Of a stretch of DNA of 64,000 nt, positions 1 through 9,809 are shown one piece after another. Source of the stretch: Robiginitomaculum sp. Lineage in GTDB: Bacteria > Pseudomonadota > Alphaproteobacteria > Caulobacterales > Maricaulaceae. Every line of letters begins with the position of its first letter. Positions within the stretch are counted from its first letter, which is position 1. Position numbers and translations under genes: made by a program. Where the stretch lies: positions 9,279 through 73,278 of the forward strand of contig JALSHE010000034.1 in the NCBI GenBank assembly GCA_026982415.1, in the 5' to 3' direction. The notes beneath the pieces were generated by a model. The model ran no database searches. It was given only the letters and a program-made list of their open reading frames with translations, and was not told the DNA's origin.

Positions 1-722
1 GAGACGGCATCTGTATTACCAAGCAAAAGTGCCAGCAGCGGCCATTGTTCCGGCTCTAATGTGTTGAGGTTAATCTTGTTCATATTGGCATCAGGCACCG
101 CGCATAAGAGCGGTTTCATTTTCAGATATTGCTCTTGGCTAATCCCCTCGACGGCCCGCAGTTCGGATATATCAACCATCATGGTATTGGCGGCATGGTA
201 AGGCGGCTTTTGGCTGGAATAGGTCAGATCCTCTGCGCCGCCCTGCTCGGGGATGGTATCCCCATCGACCCAGTCTTGAATGCGGGCGGCAAAGCTCTCG
301 GCTTGGAAGTTGTCAAATTCCATATAGCGGAATAATTGCGCCAGTTCGGCACGGGTTTGCTCTTTAATTTTGGGCGCTGATAAACGATTGACATTATAGC
401 AATTACGCCCGTCCTTTGCTTGAATTTGGATACTGCCGTCTTCGTCGAGCGGAAACACGATAGGCTCGCCAAGCAAGAGTATCTGGTTAAGGCCGCTGGT
501 ATCACCAGCCGTATTATCGGCCAGCCAATTGCGGGCAAAATCTTCCCCGCCGAGCATATACCAATCAATCTGTTCGGACATTTGCACCCCGACGGCGCGT
601 TTTATAGAAAACCGTATGTCGTCCATAATCGCCACCGCCAAAGCTGCCATCACTGTCATTAATAAGAGTGTGGTGAGGAGAACCGCGCCGCGCTCGTTTT
701 CTCTATTTTGACTACGCCACAT
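1..722 (-). CDS. gspK: Type II secretion minor pseudopilin GspK (partial; 3' end lies beyond the left edge of the window)
   Basis: This ORF is not in the ORF track because it runs off the edge. Hand translation from the ATG at 722 gives MWRSQNRENERGAVLLTTLLLMTVMAALAVAIMDDIRFSIKRAVGVQMSEQIDWYMLGGEDFARNWL..., and I checked the frame open down to about position 361. The ATG overlaps the gspJ stop (TGATG). Its position after gspJ is the canonical one. Confidence 0.8.
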   Translation of the reverse strand, partial: MWRSQNRENERGAVLLTTLLLMTVMAALAVAIMDDIRFSIKRAVGVQMSEQIDWYMLGGEDFARNWLADNTAGDTSGLNQILLLGEPIVFPLDEDGSIQIQAKDGRNCYNVNRLSAPKIKEQTRAELAQLFRYMEFDNFQAESFAARIQDWVDGDTIPEQGGAEDLTYSSQKPPYHAANTMMVDISELRAVEGISQEQYLKMKPLLCAVPDANMNKINLNTLEPEQWPLLALLLGNTDAV

Positions 723-1357
723 CATTGGTCTGCCCCGACGCGGAACACTTGGCGTAATTTATCACCGCCTTCAAATTCCAACTCAACAGAAGCAAGTACG
801 GGCATTGCAGCTACGCCCAGCGGCGGCGCGCCCGTTAGCCAATTATCGCGCCAGTTTTCTCCGTCGTAAAAGCCGAGCGTGACAGCCTCCACGCCTTTCA
901 TTAAGCTTTGCTCGAATAGAGGCGTGGCCGTTACCGGGTTAAACCGCGCGCGCACTTGTCGCACCAATATTTTGTCCCGCAGCACATAGGATACCGCTTG
1001 CAAATCACTACGCTTTTCCAAGCCGCCCGGATTATCCCAGCCCGTGCGTGATAGGGATAGGAACTGCTCCCCATTTCCTGCGCCAAATTGCGAACCACCC
1101 ATAAATATTACTTGGTCAGGCTGACCAAATTCATCGGTTTTTGGGATAGCCAAACTATTGGCAAAATCAGATTTTAGCAAAATACGCAATGTGGAGCGTT
1201 GGCGTAATTCATCGCTCTTGCGGCTCATTAAGTCCTTTGAGCGCAAAGTTGATGTCAGAACCGCTATGCTGGCAGCGGACAGAATAGAGAATATAAATAG
1301 AGCGACCAGCACTTCGACCAAGGTGAAACCCGATTGTTTTTGCACAAGTTTTTTCAT
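722..1357 (-). CDS. gspJ: Type II secretion minor pseudopilin GspJ
   Basis: It has a prepilin-type N-terminus (QSGFTLVEVLVALFIFSILS). It sits in the gspG-H-I-J-K order and overlaps the gspI stop by 4 nt. Confidence 0.85.
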   Translation of the reverse strand: MKKLVQKQSGFTLVEVLVALFIFSILSAASIAVLTSTLRSKDLMSRKSDELRQRSTLRILLKSDFANSLAIPKTDEFGQPDQVIFMGGSQFGAGNGEQFLSLSRTGWDNPGGLEKRSDLQAVSYVLRDKILVRQVRARFNPVTATPLFEQSLMKGVEAVTLGFYDGENWRDNWLTGAPPLGVAAMPVLASVELEFEGGDKLRQVFRVGADQ

Positions 1358-1743
1358 TGCTCAACCCTAATTTGGGTCGCCGGTTTGCGGGCGGAAAAAG
1401 CAGTGCGGCTGACCAATATTTGTTCGGATGTTTTCTCTTTGACCTCCACGGTTAGTCTATAAAACCCTGACGTGCCTGTGTCCTCCGTGCGGATTTTCCA
1501 GAGCCAGTCCCGTCCGGCCAATTGCACGTCATCTTGGTTTGTGCCGGGTTTAATCTCGGTTTGCGCATTGAGAGCCAACAGCAATTGATTGTCGGCTACT
1601 ATGCCGGCCAGTTGTTTTTTCTCCAACACCTGAACCGCGCGGATGTTTTCCGTACCCGCATGCATCAAGCCCATTATGGCCGTGCTGAAAATCAATAGCG
1701 CCGCCAAGACTTCTATTAATGTGAAACCAGCTTCTTTCCTCAT
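1354..1743 (-). CDS. gspI: Type II secretion minor pseudopilin GspI
   Basis: The N-terminus MRKEAGFTLIEVLAALLIFS is a prepilin methylation motif. The size (129 aa) and operon position fit, and it overlaps gspH by 4 nt. Confidence 0.85.
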   Translation of the reverse strand: MRKEAGFTLIEVLAALLIFSTAIMGLMHAGTENIRAVQVLEKKQLAGIVADNQLLLALNAQTEIKPGTNQDDVQLAGRDWLWKIRTEDTGTSGFYRLTVEVKEKTSEQILVSRTAFSARKPATQIRVEQ

Positions 1744-2252
1744 GTTTCCGGCTCCGCAGTTATCGTACCGTCAATAGCGCCTGTAATGACAAACCGCGAC
1801 GCACCGTTTTGCAGGCGGAGTTCAAACGGCGTGCCCAGCCCCGTCGTATCATAACGAATAACCGGGAGTTCTGATTTTTCTGCGGCTTTCAAATCTATTT
1901 TAGCACTGCTCTGGCTTAACTCCAATTCAGGCCTGCCCTCTGCGCCAAATTCAAACTCTGCCACGGTCTCCCAAATGTCAAAACTATAGCGCACAACGGA
2001 ATAGCCGTTTTTAGTGAAACTAATGCCCATGGGCTGATGCTCTATCATGCCGGTTTGCGCAGCCATTTCAATACGGCTGGCTAGTAATTTCCCCTGCGTA
2101 TACAAAGGGTCTTGTTTGGCAGGTATATTTATCACCACAGCCCCCGCCATCATGGCAATAATGAACAATACGGCTAGTATTTCGACCAGAGTAAATCCGG
2201 CCTGCCCTATTTGTCTGGTGTTATTCTTGCCAGTTGGTGATGTCGGCATCAT
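1740..2252 (-). CDS. gspH: Type II secretion minor pseudopilin GspH
   Basis: It carries the prepilin motif GQAGFTLVEILAVLFII and sits in the expected operon position. The start is uncertain because the ORF overlaps the gspG 3' end by about 30 nt. Confidence 0.78.
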   Translation of the reverse strand: MMPTSPTGKNNTRQIGQAGFTLVEILAVLFIIAMMAGAVVINIPAKQDPLYTQGKLLASRIEMAAQTGMIEHQPMGISFTKNGYSVVRYSFDIWETVAEFEFGAEGRPELELSQSSAKIDLKAAEKSELPVIRYDTTGLGTPFELRLQNGASRFVITGAIDGTITAEPET

Positions 2253-2658
2253 TGCCCTCTCCGCCTTCTACGCCGTCTGCACCGTAAGACCAAAGATCGA
2301 AGCGGCCATTATCGCCGGGATAGGCATAATTGTAAGGATTACCCCATGGGTCGTCTGGCAGTATTTTTATATAACCGTCCGGATTAGCCCGCTCATCACC
2401 ACCAGATTGTGCGCCGACTAAAACATCCAGGGTTTCCGGATATGTGCTGGTGTCCAGATTATAATATTCAAGGGCTTGGCTGAGGCGGGCAATGTCGATT
2501 TTGGCTTTGTCGCCCCGCGCTTGGTTCATTCTGGGCAGGACATTGATGACAACGATTGTACCCATTATCGCAATAATCGTCATAGTGACCATAACCTCGA
2601 CCAGCGTAAATCCAGACTCTTTTCTGCGGGGTAGGTTCTTCTTTTTCTTTTCAATCAT
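2221..2658 (-). CDS. gspG: Type II secretion major pseudopilin GspG
   Basis: The sequence ESGFTLVEVMVTMTIIAIMG followed by ...DPWGNPYNY... is a typical GspG signature. Confidence 0.93.
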   Translation of the reverse strand: MIEKKKKNLPRRKESGFTLVEVMVTMTIIAIMGTIVVINVLPRMNQARGDKAKIDIARLSQALEYYNLDTSTYPETLDVLVGAQSGGDERANPDGYIKILPDDPWGNPYNYAYPGDNGRFDLWSYGADGVEGGEGNDADITNWQE

Positions 2659-2667
2659 GAAAGGCTC

Positions 2668-3885
2668 CTAGAAAGACATCGTGTTAAGCCGTAAAATCGG
2701 CAAGAATATTGCGGCCACAATCATCATGACCACACCACCAAGGAAAATAATTATTGCGGGCTCCAGCAAGTTTAGCACGATTGTGGTCGAACTATCAAAC
2801 TCGCTTTCCATATAATCTGCGGCAATGGCAAACATAGCGCCCAAGTCGCCGCCCTGCTCCCCGCTGGCTATCATATGTATCATCAAGGGCGGAAATACCG
2901 GATGTCGTTTCAACGCCCCGCCGACCGAACTCCCGCCGCGTACTTCCTCGATGACCTTATCCGTGGCCTCATACATCACCAAATTGCGCAAGGTGTTCTT
3001 AGCCGTCCCCATAGCCGTTAGCACAGGCGTGCCGCTGTCTAATAGCCCGGCCATAGTGCGGGCAAACCGCGCCGCATTCATATCGCGGTTAAGGTTGCCA
3101 ATGAATGGTAGTTTCAAGACAAATCTATCTACGGCCAAACAGAACCGCCGGACTTTAATAGCCTGTAGAAAGACGGCTACACCCAGAGCAATCCCTAGCA
3201 CCAACCACAAACCATTGGCTTGTAACCATTCAGAAATCCCGATGGTTATTTTAGTCAGGCGCGGTAATTCTTGGTTGAAACTATCAAATTGGCTGACGAC
3301 TTTCGGCACCACCGTCACCATCAATATGGTGATAACCACCAGCGCCACCGCGCTCAAGATAATTGGATAAACCGTAGCCCCCAAGACTTTACGGCGGACC
3401 TTTTGCGCCGATTCCAAATCACCTGCCAGCCGTGTAAGAACCGGGCCGAGTTGTCCGGAATCTTCTCCCGAAGCCACCATAGAGCAATAGAGAGGCGAGT
3501 AAGTTTTATCGCGGGACATGGCTTGGGACAAACGTCGTCCCTCAAGAATTTGGCGGCGCACTTCCAACAAAGATGTGCGCATAGGCGAACCTTCAAACTG
3601 TAGGGCTGTGACCTTGAGGGCTTCGGAGACGGGCGTGCCTGCCTCGACCAAAATAGCCAATTGCCGTGTCGCCTGTGTCAGGGTTTTAGTTTTGACTTTA
3701 CCTACTTTTTCCTTAACTTTTTTCTCGGTTTTTTGCCCTTTTTTATCAGCCGCCGCATGCATATTTATTGGCGTTAGATCACGCGCACGCAAATCCCGCC
3801 TTGCCGCGCGGGCGCTCGTGGCCATGACCGTGCCTTTGCTGGTTTTACCTTTGGCATTGACGGCTTCGTAATCATAGGCTTGCAT
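2668..3885 (-). CDS. gspF: Type II secretion inner-membrane platform protein GspF
   Basis: It is a 405 aa polytopic protein with the duplicated GspF/PilC-type domain. It lies between gspE and gspG. Confidence 0.93.
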   Translation of the reverse strand: MQAYDYEAVNAKGKTSKGTVMATSARAARRDLRARDLTPINMHAAADKKGQKTEKKVKEKVGKVKTKTLTQATRQLAILVEAGTPVSEALKVTALQFEGSPMRTSLLEVRRQILEGRRLSQAMSRDKTYSPLYCSMVASGEDSGQLGPVLTRLAGDLESAQKVRRKVLGATVYPIILSAVALVVITILMVTVVPKVVSQFDSFNQELPRLTKITIGISEWLQANGLWLVLGIALGVAVFLQAIKVRRFCLAVDRFVLKLPFIGNLNRDMNAARFARTMAGLLDSGTPVLTAMGTAKNTLRNLVMYEATDKVIEEVRGGSSVGGALKRHPVFPPLMIHMIASGEQGGDLGAMFAIAADYMESEFDSSTTIVLNLLEPAIIIFLGGVVMMIVAAIFLPILRLNTMSF

Positions 3886-5396
3886 TAGCTGCTACCTATT
3901 CTTTGGCTCGTTTCGCGGCAGACACGCAAGACTTCTTCGGCGCTGGCCGTCCCCTCGGACACATGCCGTGCGCCGCTTTGCATCAAGGTATCAGACGCCT
4001 TAAACGCATAGGCCGCCATATCTTGTTCGCGGGCGCCGTCGTGTATCATGGCGCGCAAATTATCGTCCATAGCAACCATTTCATACAGACCGACCCGACC
4101 CGTATAGCCAATCCCGTGACAGGTTTCGCAGCCTTTCGGATGATAGAAAGTCTGCTTACCGCTTAACCCCAAAAGCCTAAGTTCAGTATCGTCTGGCGCA
4201 TAAGGCGTTTTACATTTCTCGCAGAGGCGTCGCACCAGTCTTTGTGCCACAATCGCAGTTACCGTTGACGCTAGCAAAAACCGCTCAATACCCATATCGC
4301 GCAGACGGGTAATGGCGGCAACCGCCGAATTTGTATGGACAGTGGACAAAACCAAATGCCCGGTCAGACTGGCTTGCACTGCGATCTCTGCCGTCTCCGG
4401 GTCGCGTATTTCCCCGACCATAACCACGTCTGGGTCTTGGCGCAAAATCGCCCGTAGCCCCGCCGCAAAGGTCATGCCGACCTTATTGTTAACTTGGGTT
4501 TGCCCGATACCGTCCAGTGCATATTCTATGGGGTCTTCGACCGTTAAAATATTGCGCGACGCATCATTGAGCATAGAAAGCCCAGCGTAAAGCGTGGTGG
4601 TTTTACCAGAACCCGTTGGCCCCGTGACCAAAATTATGCCGTTAGGTGTTGCTAAGGCATTGGTGAAAGCGGCGGTCATGTCCTCGGTCATGCCCAGTTC
4701 TTTGACCCCGAACAAAGCTTGTTCTTTACTGAGCAATCGCAAAACTGCCCGTTCACCGTATTTCGACGGCAATGTCGAGACCCGCACATCAATGGCTTGT
4801 GCGCCGAGCGTTAGAGAAAATCGCCCATCTTGGGGCACGCGCTTTTTGGCAATATCGAGCCGCGCCATGACCTTGATACGCGACACCAAAACACCCGCCA
4901 AATTGGCCGAAAGTGACAGAACTTCGCGCAATGTGCCGTCGACCCGGAACCGCACGGACAAGCGTTTCTCATGGGGTTCAATATGAATATCAGACGCGCG
5001 CAGTTTTATGGCTTCTTGGATAAGTCCGTTTATCATACGGATAACCGGCGCATCATCGTCACTGTCGAGCAGGTCTTCGGTCTGGGGTATGTCTTCGGCC
5101 AGAGAATAGAGATTGCCCTGCTCGGTGATGGCGTCGGCGGAGCTGGCTAAGCCGTTACTGGCATAGGCTGCGGATAGAGATTTATCAAATTTCGCGTGGG
5201 TAAGTTCAGTTAAAACAATCGGCGTATCCAAAACCCGCCTAACCTCAAGAATGGCTTCGCGGCGCACGCCAGGGCGTACACCGATACTAACCGGGCTACT
5301 CGATTTAACATCGCCCGCGTCCAGCACAACTAGCCCCCATTCCTTAGCGAAGCTATAGGCTAGATTGCTTATCTGGGTTTCTGGTGAAGAATTCAC
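3885..5396 (-). CDS. gspE: Type II secretion ATPase GspE
   Basis: It has a Walker A motif (GPTGSGKTT), the secretion-ATPase Asp/His boxes, and a C-terminal tetracysteine motif (CEKC...CETCHGIGY). Confidence 0.95.
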   Translation of the reverse strand: MNSSPETQISNLAYSFAKEWGLVVLDAGDVKSSSPVSIGVRPGVRREAILEVRRVLDTPIVLTELTHAKFDKSLSAAYASNGLASSADAITEQGNLYSLAEDIPQTEDLLDSDDDAPVIRMINGLIQEAIKLRASDIHIEPHEKRLSVRFRVDGTLREVLSLSANLAGVLVSRIKVMARLDIAKKRVPQDGRFSLTLGAQAIDVRVSTLPSKYGERAVLRLLSKEQALFGVKELGMTEDMTAAFTNALATPNGIILVTGPTGSGKTTTLYAGLSMLNDASRNILTVEDPIEYALDGIGQTQVNNKVGMTFAAGLRAILRQDPDVVMVGEIRDPETAEIAVQASLTGHLVLSTVHTNSAVAAITRLRDMGIERFLLASTVTAIVAQRLVRRLCEKCKTPYAPDDTELRLLGLSGKQTFYHPKGCETCHGIGYTGRVGLYEMVAMDDNLRAMIHDGAREQDMAAYAFKASDTLMQSGARHVSEGTASAEEVLRVCRETSQRIGSS

Positions 5397-5405
5397 TGTG
5401 TGCCT

Positions 5406-7364
5406 CTATTTATCAAAATAGCCCATATCGCGCAGAGCTTCGTCCAATCTCGATTTTTCGGCGCCAATTCTACGGCGTTCTTCGCGGCGAATAATGTCCA
5501 TTTTTTGCTGGGTCAGAGGCGTGGCGTCATCTCCGCTACGAATAATAGTCGCGCGGATGAACACCATAAGATTGGTGCGCCTACGGATATTGTTTTTAGA
5601 TCTAAACAAATTCCCCAAAACCGGAATATCACCAAGGATCGGCACTTGCGAGCGGAATAATTGTTCGTCGTCCTGCATCAAACCACCCAGCACAATTATC
5701 TCACCGTCATTGGCCAGAACTGTGGTGGAAATTTCGCGCTTATTGGTCACAAGATCTGCTGCAACTGTCGAAGCCTCCACTGAAATACTGGAAACCTCCT
5801 GTTTTATTTCTAGCCGAACCACGTCGCCTTGATTGATCTGGGGCAGGACTTCTAATTTAATGCCTATTTCTTCGCGGTTAATGGTGCGGAACGGGTTATT
5901 ATTGTTATTGCCCAGAGTCTCGCCGCTCGTGAAGGGTACTACTTGCCCCACCAGAAATGTCGCAGGCACATTATCAAGCGTGGTCACAAATGGGGTTGAA
6001 AGCACATTAGAATCCGTATCATTTTTCACAGCGTTTAAAATAGCCCCAAACAAACCACTACTACCGCTCCCCCCAAATCCGATCGTGCCGCCCGTCAAAC
6101 CGAGCAAAGAAGACACCGCCGCATCTTGTAAATCACCACTTGTCACCGCATCAACACTATTGCCAGCTAGCGCACCAGCGAGGGCTAAGAGATTTGGAGC
6201 AGAGCGGGAATAGTTGGTAGATAGCAATGGCAAAGCACTATTTTCATTGCCTGCGAGCAAGAATTGCACGCCCAAATCTTCAGCAGCTGTATCTGAAATA
6301 TCGACAATAATCGCTTCAACCAACACTTGTGGCCTGCGGACATCAAGACGGCGGACAACCGTTTCCAGTGCCTCTTGCACCTTTGGTGTTGCACTAATAA
6401 TCAGGGCATTACTGCCCGGGTCATAAGCAACACTGGGTTTTTCGCCCTTATTAACCTTGTCCTCGAATGTTGGCAGAATTTTCTCCAGAACGGCAACAAT
6501 GTCGTCCCCATTGGCGAAACGCAGTGCAATAACGCTCACCCTGCCGCGCAGTTGTACGCTGGCTTGATCCATACGCAACACCATGGCTTTCAGCTGTGCC
6601 ACAGACGCCGGGTCGCCGCGCAAAACTAGGGTATTTGTGGCTTCGATAGCAACGGCTTTCACGGTTTCACCGATCACCACATTATTACGGATTTGCGGCT
6701 TGCCGCTGCCCATAAGTTCGCGCACAGCGTCTTTAGCATCGCGCGCATTTATATTACGCAGGGCAATAGTTTCTATAGCCGCCTGGTCAACATCCATAGC
6801 GTCTATGATTTTGCGCGCCTTGCGAATGTTTTCCGGATAATCCGTAATAACCAAGACCCTGCCGCCCGGTGTGGAGGTCAAACGACCTTGAGAATGCATA
6901 ACGGGTTTGATAAGCTTGGACGCATTGGAAGCATCGCCGTGGCTTAGTTTCAAAATTTCGGTGACAAATGCCCCCACCGTAGTGCGACCGTTTTTAATAG
7001 GCGCATCTTGGGCAGCACCTTGGATTAAGGTAACCCGGTAAGCACCGCTCGACGTGGGCACAGCCGTAAACCCGCGCACCCGCAGCACATCCATAAATAC
7101 CGCAAATACTTCGCTTTTACTCAGTTCAGCTTGGGAGGTTACTGTCACAGTCCCGGTCACACGCGGGTCAACAATAAATGTCTTGCCCGTCAAAACCGAC
7201 ATATCTTCGATGAACGCCCGAATGTCGGCATCTTTCAAATTGACCACATGCCCTTTTGAGCTTGACGAGGTGTTTTTTTGCGCATGTGCGGATATGGCAG
7301 CCAGCGACAATGCCACAGATATTATGACAAATAATTTCGTAACAAATTTCCCAAACTTTATCAT
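5406..7364 (-). CDS. gspD: Type II secretion secretin GspD
   Basis: It has secretin N-domains and a C-terminal secretin core (VPILGDIPVLGNLFRS). I placed the start at the internal Met (MIKFGKFVTKLFVIISVALSLAAISAHA, a signal peptide), whose ATG overlaps the gspC stop as ATGA. The longer ORF reaching 7448 is probably an artefact. Confidence 0.9.
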   Translation of the reverse strand: MIKFGKFVTKLFVIISVALSLAAISAHAQKNTSSSSKGHVVNLKDADIRAFIEDMSVLTGKTFIVDPRVTGTVTVTSQAELSKSEVFAVFMDVLRVRGFTAVPTSSGAYRVTLIQGAAQDAPIKNGRTTVGAFVTEILKLSHGDASNASKLIKPVMHSQGRLTSTPGGRVLVITDYPENIRKARKIIDAMDVDQAAIETIALRNINARDAKDAVRELMGSGKPQIRNNVVIGETVKAVAIEATNTLVLRGDPASVAQLKAMVLRMDQASVQLRGRVSVIALRFANGDDIVAVLEKILPTFEDKVNKGEKPSVAYDPGSNALIISATPKVQEALETVVRRLDVRRPQVLVEAIIVDISDTAAEDLGVQFLLAGNENSALPLLSTNYSRSAPNLLALAGALAGNSVDAVTSGDLQDAAVSSLLGLTGGTIGFGGSGSSGLFGAILNAVKNDTDSNVLSTPFVTTLDNVPATFLVGQVVPFTSGETLGNNNNNPFRTINREEIGIKLEVLPQINQGDVVRLEIKQEVSSISVEASTVAADLVTNKREISTTVLANDGEIIVLGGLMQDDEQLFRSQVPILGDIPVLGNLFRSKNNIRRRTNLMVFIRATIIRSGDDATPLTQQKMDIIRREERRRIGAEKSRLDEALRDMGYFDK

Positions 7365-8167
7365 TGTAAATTGACCTCTATTGTCATGGGCATATCGTCC
7401 CTGATGATTTGGATACTGGCATAGCGAGCCTGCTTCAAGTTCTTCCACAGCATAGGCAGGTTAACCCGGCTTTGCGATAGGCTTTCTCCGTTAATCGCCG
7501 TGACTATATCGTTTTGCTTGAACCCGTATGTATCAAGGGATTTCCCGCGCCTGGATCGCATACGATACCCGATAACATTACGCCCCTCACGGTGTGGATA
7601 GAACCGCAAATCATTGATCATGTCCTGGGCTTTGAAGGCCAAGGCAGCCATCTCAATAGCACGGCTGATAGCTTTATCTGTTTCGGCCTTGCCTTGGCGG
7701 GACAAGCGTTCTTTGACGCCGTTCCTATCCAATATGACAAAATCTATATCGACGCGCTCCAAAATTACGCCAGGGATAATCTCATCACCGATGAAATATG
7801 TTGCTTGTTCATCATCAGGCGTTTGAATAATTGCGCTGGATGTTTCGCCGCCAATATCGGCGCGCATACCGTAGACTTGTAGGTCTAATTTGGTCTCTGG
7901 CGCGGACTCTTCAAATTGCGCCGAAACCTCTATTGGCTTAGCTTCGCGGTGAAAGGGATCAAATGTACTCAAGATTGACGTATCGAGTTTAGCTGTCATG
8001 ACCGCTGGAGCAAAGCGCATCTCACCGCCGCTTGGCGGCACCACTTCACGTTCTGCCGAAAGCAGAGGCAAAACTGATTTAGCCAAAACGGCCACGAATA
8101 CTGCGGCCAAAACAAGCTCCAGCACCAATATTGACCTAAGATTAGACATGTCAAGTTTAGTAGCCAT
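7361..8167 (-). CDS. gspC: Type II secretion protein GspC (N-terminal TM helix plus a PDZ-like C-terminal region)
   Basis: It lies immediately upstream of gspD and is translationally coupled to it. It has a single N-terminal hydrophobic helix (ILVLELVLAAVFVAVLA), and the C-terminal GYRMRS...GFKQNDIVTAINGESL resembles a PDZ domain. Confidence 0.68.
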   Translation of the reverse strand: MATKLDMSNLRSILVLELVLAAVFVAVLAKSVLPLLSAEREVVPPSGGEMRFAPAVMTAKLDTSILSTFDPFHREAKPIEVSAQFEESAPETKLDLQVYGMRADIGGETSSAIIQTPDDEQATYFIGDEIIPGVILERVDIDFVILDRNGVKERLSRQGKAETDKAISRAIEMAALAFKAQDMINDLRFYPHREGRNVIGYRMRSRRGKSLDTYGFKQNDIVTAINGESLSQSRVNLPMLWKNLKQARYASIQIIRDDMPMTIEVNLQ

Positions 8168-8294
8168 TCAGGCTCCCCATTCAAGGCGCAATTCTAATTA
8201 TACGGTAAAATTCCGCATTCAGTTCATTTATATGCACGACTTCTAATATATGCAGAAAGTTTGGGAGGTAGGCAAGTTAAATACTTCCCATGCT

Positions 8295-9734
8295 TTATGA
8301 CCAGTCAACACCCATGACAGCTTTGGTTTCCAAATAGTCCTCAAATCCTTCCAAAGACCATTCCCGACCATTGCCAGAGCGTTTATAGCCGCCGAACGGC
8401 GCATTAATGTCGGTCGGTGCGCCGTTGACATGCACCATGCCCGCACGAATTTGCCTGGCAACCCGTTTTACACCTTCGGAATTTCTGCCAGAAATATAGC
8501 CCGACAAACCATAAATCGTGTCATTTGCAATAGATACAGCGTCCTCTTCATTATCATATGACAATATACAAAGTACGGGGCCAAAGATTTCCTCTCGGGC
8601 TATTATCATCTCATTTTTGACATTACCGAACACAGTTGGCCGTACATAATAACCACGGTTGAGATGTTCTGGACGACCAAGACCACCAGCCGCAAGCGTC
8701 GCGCCCTCCTCTATGCCTTTTTCAATCAGGCTTTGGATACGGTTATACTGAATTTCTGAAACAACGGTTCCCATAGCCATACCGTCAGATGTTGGATCAG
8801 CAATTTGTACCGCATCTGCCGCAGCCGCTGCCACCTTAATTGCCGCGTCCATACGGCGGGCCGGCACCAACATACGCGAGGGCGCATTACAGTTTTGGCC
8901 GGAATTCATGGTCATAGACTGCATGCCGCTTGCCACAGCTTTGGCAAATGCTTCGTCGTCCAAATCGTCCATAATGATATTGGCCGATTTCCCGCCCAGT
9001 TCTTGCGTGACCCGTTTCACAGTCGGAGCCGCAGCCTGCGCTACCATAACACCTGCACGGGTCGAGCCTGTAAATGATACCATATCAATGCCTTCGTGGG
9101 CAGCAATGGCCGCACCGACCGTCGGCCCATCGCCGTGAACCATGTTAACTACGCCCGCAGGCACGCCTGCATCATGCAGGATTTCCAAAAGAATATCAGC
9201 ACTTAGAGGCGAAACTTCGCTTGGTTTCCAAACCACAGTACAGCCTGTGGCCAAGGCCGGAGCCAGCTTACAACCAATCTGGTTCATGGGCCAATTCCAC
9301 GGTGTGATAAAACCACAAACCCCGATAGCTTCTTTAGAAATATGGGTGGTGCCGCGCTGTTCCTCAAACTCATAAGTTTCCAGCGCCTTGGCCGCCGTCA
9401 TTAAATGCCCAAGCGCCGACCCTGCATGACCACTAGCCGCCAACCATTTCGGCGCTCCTATTTCGGTAGTGATAGCCGCCGCTATATCGCCCATCCGAGC
9501 CTTGTAACCAGAAATAACGTTACCAAGCAACTCCAACCGTTCTTCACGGCTAGTCTGTGAGAACGATACAAAAGCCTTGCGCGCTGCCGCTACGGCTAAG
9601 TCAACATCGGTACTAGACCCAAGCGATAAAACTGCGCAGGCTTCTTCGGTGGCTGGATTAACCACATCAATACTTTGCCCGCCCGTAGGTGAAACCCATT
9701 CGCCACCAATATAAATTCTATCCAATTTTTGCAT
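8295..9734 (-). CDS. NAD(P)-dependent aldehyde dehydrogenase family protein
   Basis: It has ALDH blocks (FTGSTRAG, ELGGKSANII, the catalytic-Cys region NSGQNCNAPSR, and EEIFGPV). I chose the start at MQKLDRIYIGGEWV because an AGGAG lies 6 nt upstream. Confidence 0.88.
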   Translation of the reverse strand: MQKLDRIYIGGEWVSPTGGQSIDVVNPATEEACAVLSLGSSTDVDLAVAAARKAFVSFSQTSREERLELLGNVISGYKARMGDIAAAITTEIGAPKWLAASGHAGSALGHLMTAAKALETYEFEEQRGTTHISKEAIGVCGFITPWNWPMNQIGCKLAPALATGCTVVWKPSEVSPLSADILLEILHDAGVPAGVVNMVHGDGPTVGAAIAAHEGIDMVSFTGSTRAGVMVAQAAAPTVKRVTQELGGKSANIIMDDLDDEAFAKAVASGMQSMTMNSGQNCNAPSRMLVPARRMDAAIKVAAAAADAVQIADPTSDGMAMGTVVSEIQYNRIQSLIEKGIEEGATLAAGGLGRPEHLNRGYYVRPTVFGNVKNEMIIAREEIFGPVLCILSYDNEEDAVSIANDTIYGLSGYISGRNSEGVKRVARQIRAGMVHVNGAPTDINAPFGGYKRSGNGREWSLEGFEDYLETKAVMGVDWS

Positions 9735-9809
9735 ATATAGCTCCTGTTGTTTTTCGCATACTGTCACAAGTGGCCTGACTTGCCTAGCACAGGATTTCGT
9801 ATACAAAAA

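Noticed and set aside
7365-7448. N-terminal extensions suggested by the ORF track for gspD (to 7448), the ALDH (to 9806), the Sel1 protein (from 10774), pyrD (from 23244), cpdR (to 25091), the tacA-like gene (from 30793), the OMP (from 32346), ChaN (to 35234), the PD40 protein (to 39073), lolA (to 47072), the dsbD-like gene (to 53375), the cupin (to 53840), gyrB (to 56525) and alkB (to 58687).
   Set aside because: Internal ATG codons preceded by SD-like sequences give proper signal peptides or canonical N-termini. Several of the long versions begin with GTG or TTG and overlap upstream genes or intergenic signals.
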